In this document: piece by piece, positions 56,637 to 64,000 of the stretch
Layout of the letters: every line of letters starts with the position of its first letter
How positions within the stretch are numbered: the first letter of the stretch is position 1
NCBI GenBank assembly: GCA_964016885.1
Contig: OZ024740.1
Span: 111,848,001 to 111,912,000 of the forward strand
Length of the DNA stretch: 64,000 bases
Reading direction: 5' to 3'
Source of the DNA: Eledone cirrhosa
Taxonomy: Eukaryota
Made by a program: the position numbers and the translations under genes
The notes under the pieces: generated by a model
The model's database searches: none
Seen by the model: only the letters and a program-made list of their open reading frames with translations
What the model was told of the DNA's origin: nothing

Positions 56637-59600
56637 ACCACCAGTACCACTACCTTCACTATTACCACCACAACTGCCACCAGTACCACTACCTTCACTA
56701 TTACCACCACAACTACCACCAGTACCACTATCTTCAGTATTACCACCTCAACTACCACCAGTACCACTATCTTCAGTATTACCACCTCAACTACCACCAG
56801 TACCACTACCTTCACTATTACCACCACCACTACCACCAGTACCACTACCTTCACTATTACCACCACAACTACCACCAGTACAAATACCTTCATTATTACC
56901 ACCACAACTACCACCAGTACCACTACCTTCACTATTACCACCACAACTACCACCAGTACCACTACCTTCACTATTACCACCACAACTACCACCAGTACAA
57001 ATACATTCATTATTACCACCACAACTACCACCAGTACAAATACCTTCATTATTACCACCACAACTACCACCAGTACAAATACCTTCATTATTACCACCAC
57101 CACTACCACCAGTACCACTACCTTCACTATTACCACCACAACTACCACCAGTACAAATACCTTCATTATTACCACCACCACTACCACCAGTACCACTACC
57201 TTCACTATTACCACCACAACTACCACCAGTACAAATACCTTCACTATTACCACCACAACTACCACCAGTACAAATACATTCATTATTACCACCACAACTA
57301 CCACCAGTACCACTACCTTCACTATTACCACCACAACTACCACCAGTACCACTACCTTCACTATTACCACCACAACTACCACCAGTACAAATACATTCAT
57401 TATTACCACCACAACTACCACCAGTACAAATACCTTCATTATTACCACCACAACTACCACCAGTACAAATACCTTCATTATTACCACCACCACTACCACC
57501 AGTACCACTACCTTCACTATTACCACCACAACTACCACCAGTACAAATACCTTCATTATTACCACCACAACTACCACCAGTACAAATACCTTCATTATTA
57601 CCACCACAACTACCACCAGTACAAATACCTTCATTATTACCACCACCACTACCACCAGTACCACTACCTTCACTATTACCACCACAACTACCACCATACC
57701 AATACCTTCACTATTACCAGTACAACTACCACCAGTACCACTACCTTCACTATTACCACCACAACTACAACCAGTACCACTACCTTCACTATTACCACTA
57801 CAACTACCACCAGTACCACTACCCTCACTATTACAACCACAACTACCACCAGTACCACTACCTTCACTATTACCACCACAACTACCACCCGTACCACTAC
57901 CTTCACTATTACCACCACAACTACCACCAGTACAAATACCTTCATTATTACCACCACAACTACCACCAGTACAAATACCTTCATTATTACCACCACGACT
58001 ACCACCAGTACCACTACCTTCACTATTACCACCACAACTACCACCAGTACAAATACATTCATTATTACCACCACAACTACCACCAGTACAAATACCTTCA
58101 TTATTACCACCACAACTACCACCAGTAAAAATACCTTCATTATTACCACCACCACTACCACCAGTACCACTACCTTCACTATTACCACCACAACTACCAC
58201 CAGTACAAATACCTTCACTATTACCACCACAACTACCACCAGTACAAATACATTCATTATTACCACCACCACTACCACCAGGACAAATACATTCATTATT
58301 ACCACCACAACTACCACCAGTACAAATACCTTCATTATTACCACCACCACTACCACCAGTACCACTACCTTCACTATTACCACCACAACTACCACCAGTA
58401 CAAATACCTTCACTATTACCACCACAACTACCACCAGTACAAATACATTCATTATTACCACCACAACTACCACCAGTACAAATACATTCATTATTACCAC
58501 CACCACTACCACCAGTACCACTACCTTCACTATTACCACCACAACTACCACCAGTACAAATACCTTCATTATTACCACCACAACTACCACCAGTACCACT
58601 ACCTTCACTATTACCACCACAACTACCACCAGTACAACTACCTTCACTATTACCACCACCACTACCACCACTACCACTACCTTCACTATTACCACCAGAA
58701 CTACCACCAGTACAAATACCTTCACTATTACCACCACAACTACCACCAGTACAAATACCTTCACTATTACCACCACAACTACCACCAGTACCACTACCTT
58801 CACTATTACCACCACAACTACCACCAGTACCACTACCTTCACTATTACCACCACAACTACCACCAGTACATATACCTTCACTATTACCACCACAACTAAC
58901 ACCAGTACAAATACCTTCACTATTACCACCACAACTACCACCAGTACCACTACCTTCACTATTACCACAACAACTACCACCAGTACAAATACCATCATTA
59001 TTACCACCACAACTACCACCACTACCAATACCTTCACTATTACCACCACAACTACCACCAGTACCACTACCTTCACTATTACCACCACAACTACCACCAG
59101 TACCAATACCTTCACTATTACCACCACAACTACCACCAGTACCACTACCTTCACTATTACCACCACAACTACCACCAGTACCACTACCTTCACTATTACC
59201 ACCACAACTACCACCAGTACCAGTACCTTCACTATTACCACCACAACTACCACCAGTACCAATACCTTCATTATTACCACCACAACTACCACCAGTACCA
59301 CTACCTTCACTATTACCACCACAACTACCACCAGTACCACTACCTTCACTATTACCACCACAACTACCACCAGTACCACTACCTTCACTATTACCATCAC
59401 AACTACCACCAGTACCACTACCTTCACTATTACCATCACAACTACCACCAGTACCACTACCTTCACTATTACAACCACCACTACCACCAGTACCACTATC
59501 TTCAGTATTACCACCTCAACTACCACCAGTACCACTACCTTCACTATTACAACCACAACTACCACCAGTACCACTACCTTCACTATTACCACCACAACTA

Positions 59601-61620
59601 CCACCAGTACCACTACCTTCACTATTACCACCACAACTACCACCGGTACCACTACCTTCACTAATACCACCACAACTACCACCAGTACCACTACCTTCAT
59701 TATTACCACATCCACCACCACCAGTACCACTACCTTCACTATTACCATCACAACTACCACCAGTACCACTACCTTCACTATTACCACCACAACTACCACC
59801 AGTACCACTACCTTCACTATTACCACCACAACTACCACCATATCAATACCTTCACTATTACCAGTACAACTACCACCAGTACCACTACCTTCACTATTAC
59901 CACCACAACTACCACCAGTACCACTACCTTCACTATTACCACCACAACTACCACCATACCAATACCTTCACTATTACCAGTACAACTACCACCAGTACCA
60001 CTACCTTCACTATTACCACCACAACTACCACCAGTACCACTACCTTCACTATTACCACCACAACTACCACCATACCAATACCTTCACTATTACCAGTACA
60101 ACTACCACCAGTACCACTACCTTCACTATTACCACCACAACTACAACCAGTACCACTACCTTCACTATTACCACTACAACTACCACCAGTACCACTACCC
60201 TCACTATTACAACCACAACTACCACCAGTACCACTACCTTCACTATTACCACCACAACTACCACCCGTACCACTACCTTCACTATTACCACCACAACTAC
60301 CACCAGTACCACTACCTTCTCTATTACCACATCCACCACCACCAGTACCACTACCTTCACTATTACCACCACAACTACCACCAGTATCACTACCTTCACT
60401 ATTACCACCACCACTACCACCAGTACTACTATCTTCACTATTACAACTACCACTACCACCAGTACCAATACCTTCACTATTACCACCACAACTACCACCA
60501 GTACCACTACCTTCACTATTACCACCACCACTACCACCAGTACTACTATCTTCACTATTACCACCACCACTACCACCAGTACCAATACCTTCACTATTAC
60601 CACCACAACTACCACCAGTACCACTACCTTCACTATTGCCACATCCACCACCACCAGTACCACTACCTTCACTATTACCACGACAACTACCACCAATACC
60701 ACTACCTTCACTATTACCACCACAACTATCACCTGTAAAACTACCTTCACTATTACCACGACAACTACCACCAATACCACTACCTTCACTATTACCACCA
60801 CAACTATCACCTGTAAAACTACCTTCACTATTACCACCACAACTACCACCATACCACTACCTTCACTATTGCCACATCCACCACCACCAGTACCACTACC
60901 TTCACTATTACCACCACAACTACCAACAGTACCACTACCTTCACTATTACCACGACAACTACCACCAGTACCACTACCTTCACTATTACCACCACAACTA
61001 CCACCAGTACCACTACCTTCACTATTACCACCACAATTACCACCAGTACCACTACTTTTACTATTACCACAACTACCACCAGTACCTTCACTATTACCAC
61101 AACCACCGACTGTACAACTACCTTCACTATTACCACCACAACTACCACCTGTACCATTACCTTCACTATTACCACCACAACTACCACCAATACCACTACC
61201 TTCACTATTACCACCACAACTATCACCTGTAAAACTACCTTCACTATTACCACCACAACTACCACCAGTACCACTACTTTCACTATTACCACATCCACCA
61301 CCATCAGTACCACTACCTTCACTATTACCACCACAACTACCACCAGTACCACTACCTTCACTATTACCACAACTACCACCAGTACCACTATCTTCACTAT
61401 TACCACCACAACTACCACCAGTACTACTACCTTCACTATTACCACCACAACTATACCACCATTACCAGTACCATCACTATTACCACCACAACCACCACTA
61501 GTACCACTACCTTCACTATTACCACCACAACTACCACCAGTACCAATACCTTCACTATTACCACAACAACCACCAGTACCCCTATCTTCACTATTACCAC
61601 AACCACCACCAATACCACTA
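56637..61620 (+). repeat. 39-bp minisatellite array (~5 kb)
   Basis: Unit accaccagtaccactaccttcactattaccaccacaact, with a variant carrying acaaataccttcatt; 13-aa periodicity. Confidence 0.95.
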
Positions 61621-61810
61621 CCTAACTATTATCACAACCTCTTCCCACATAAACACCATTACAACTACCTCCAGTCACACCACTAGTTCTACTACAACAA
61701 CATTATTACCATCAACGCTCCCACCATAACCTCAACCACCATTATTATTATACCCCAGCCCAACCACTGCCATCATCATTATCATCACATATTTTACAGC
61801 ATCAAAGGAA

Positions 61811-62006
61811 AAATATGGCGGCAGGTTTCGAACTTCCTCTCGGGGTATTTTCTTTTGCTTGTACTTTTAATGTTTTCTTAAGAGTGGTGTAGGGTAAGTG
61901 AGAGTGGGGGAAAGTGGGAGTGTGAGAGGGTGGGAACAAATATGGAATATTTTTCGTTTGTGCCAATTATTACTTGTATTTTGCTTCAGTTCCATTTCAC
62001 TTCCGG
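61811..62006 (+). promoter_or_regulatory. Possible promoter/first-exon region
   Basis: YY1-like aaatatggcggc (61811), donor gg|gtaagt (61894), acceptor-like tattttgcttcag (61989), ETS cacttccgg (61998). Motif evidence only. Confidence 0.2.
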
Positions 62007-62561
62007 CAAGACGTTTGTGTGATCCGGTTTAATTCCCCGGTTATGGCCATTTTTACATCTTTTATGTCACTAATGATATTGAGAAAACGGTCAGACAACC
62101 ACACTTCACACATCACTCCTGCTGTTTCATACCTGACATTTTAATATCAATGTCAGAAACTGTTTTCTATTTCGTCTCAAATAAAATTGCGAAATGTATG
62201 AACGCCACACAATCACTGGGAGACGTCAAAACACATAGTTCAGTTTAATACCATTACTTGACCCTTGGGTATCTTTAGTCTAGTCAACTGTAGTGGTAGA
62301 CTTAATCCGTCACCTGGTCGTTGGATGTCTTTCACCGAATCCACTAGAAAAGTAGAGTTGACCCGGATTGATACCATTATCTGAACTTTGGGTGTATTTA
62401 GCCATGTCCACTTGAGAAGTAGACCTAATACATGGCCCTGTTTAACAACACCATTTGACCCATGTCCACTGGAAAAAAAAAACTTAACTCAACAGCTTTA
62501 CCACCATCACTTAGAACTTGGGTATTTTCTTTCAAGTCGACTGGGTTTCTTCAGTAGAGTA

Positions 62562-62755
62562 CGAGGGTTGGCTGAAAAATTCATAAACTGACTATGAAGG
62601 AGTGATGCTAGAGCTATGAAATCTTGCATACATTAATTTCAATTCTTAATAACAACTACATTCTGTTTTTCCAGGACTACGTTGAAAAGTAAACGACATT
62701 TTGTCATTCCATGCAAGCAACTTGGTCAGCCCATGAATGTTTCAGCCAACCTTCG
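62562..62755. mobile_element. Mariner-type MITE
   Basis: TA-flanked TIRs cgagggttggctgaaaaattcataaactgac / gtcagcccatgaatgtttcagccaaccttcg. Confidence 0.85.
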
Positions 62756-62764
62756 TATATTCTG

Positions 62765-62935
62765 TTGCAGCGAGTCGTTAAAATGTCGTATCGAATGCTC
62801 TGTGGTATTCGTTCCAGATCTCTGCACAAGCAGTTCAAATCCTGCCAAGGTTAACATTGTAGTCCATCGTTCCGAGGTCAACCTTTCCGTTCATCATTTC
62901 GAGATCGATAAATAAAATATCAGTCTAGTACTGGA
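62765..62935 (+). mobile_element. Old SINE related to family A
   Basis: agttcaaatcctgccaaggttaac...gaggtcaacctttccgttcatc...gatcgataaataaaat. Confidence 0.6.
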
Positions 62936-62936
62936 G

Positions 62937-63022
<86 letters not shown>

Positions 63023-64000
63023 AGTTGTGTTCAGACATGGATAAAGATAGGATCCACCATGTTTAGTTACGCAAGACACATGTATATCACTAGGACGCTC
63101 CTACGACTGCATCAAGAATTAAGGCCAAATGGGAGAATTCAGGTTAGGTTTTCTGTCAGAGAAAAACATTCTCCTTTTCTGCCACCTGTCGGTAGATACT
63201 GAAAAGAGTTCTGAGTGTTAGTCATCCCTCTTCTGACATAACATTTAAATAAAATGTTTTTATATTTTAATATTTAGCAATTCCCCATCACGGCGATATT
63301 ATATTTCGGAAAAACAGAAAATAATACACGATATCATAAATTATATAAATAGTTTTGTACTCATTATAATTATATATATATATATATATATATGAAGTTA
63401 TATCTGTGCATATACAGAGTGGGTAACCGAGACTCTGTCAATGAGCATATGAATATAATTTTAATGTATAGATATGTAAACATAAAGGAAATACGAATTT
63501 CCCCATAAATTGAAAAAGATAATAAATACCTTGAATCGATTTTCGGATCTAGTTGGATGAAGGTATGTATATCATCTAAACATGCACAAAGAAACATGAA
63601 TTTGATGGGTTTATATATGCATTTGCTCATAGTAGTATTCTGAAATGGAGGTATTGATTATATGCAAAATATAATATGAACGCATTACCATATATATATA
63701 TATATATTCTCTGACATAAATTCCACAATTTAAGAATGACCTGTAGTATCTATTTCATACTATTAACCTTAATTGAATATATATCTGACCAGGAATGCTT
63801 TTTGTGAAAATCAGTCATATGGAACTATTGTCATGTTGCCTGACGGTTTGAACTTTACAATACCACCTGCCTCTTTGGGTCAAATACCAACCCTATTACC
63901 ATCTACAAACTGACCAATGAGAATCAAGACTATTCCTGCTGACACATTAAATTATTCCTAACAAGCTCATATGTCCCAAGGCTCTGATAGCATCAACACT

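Noticed and set aside
46803-61448. Long Val/Leu/Gly-rich minus-strand ORFs
   Set aside because: Antisense translations of the satellites.

Overview
AT-rich, microsatellite-saturated animal genomic DNA. The SINE families and repeat landscape suggest an octopus/cephalopod, which is an inference and not verified. I found no intact host protein-coding gene; nearly all long ORFs are translations of simple repeats. The window is mostly retroelement debris: a CR1-type LINE (-), an R4/Dong-type LINE with restriction-like endonuclease (-), about 30 tRNA-derived SINE copies, mariner-, pogo- and hAT-type MITEs, and ~15 kb of (CAA/CAC)-rich satellite and 39-bp minisatellite. The main signal is a dense population of Penelope-like element (PLE) derivatives, mostly in (TA)n tracts, with more than a dozen recognisable type I hammerhead ribozymes (CUGANGA...GAAA...UH) from several families. 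Many are short fold-back palindromes, up to a perfect 252-bp one. In the main family the sense terminal repeat joins (TA)n about 50 nt after the predicted cleavage site. The inverted copy carries an extra extension with a conserved hairpin (UACUC...GAGUGCU). A 5'-truncated coding relative (RT thumb + GIY-YIG, 41330-44778) has the same architecture. All RNA structures were paired by eye; element boundaries without TSDs are approximate.
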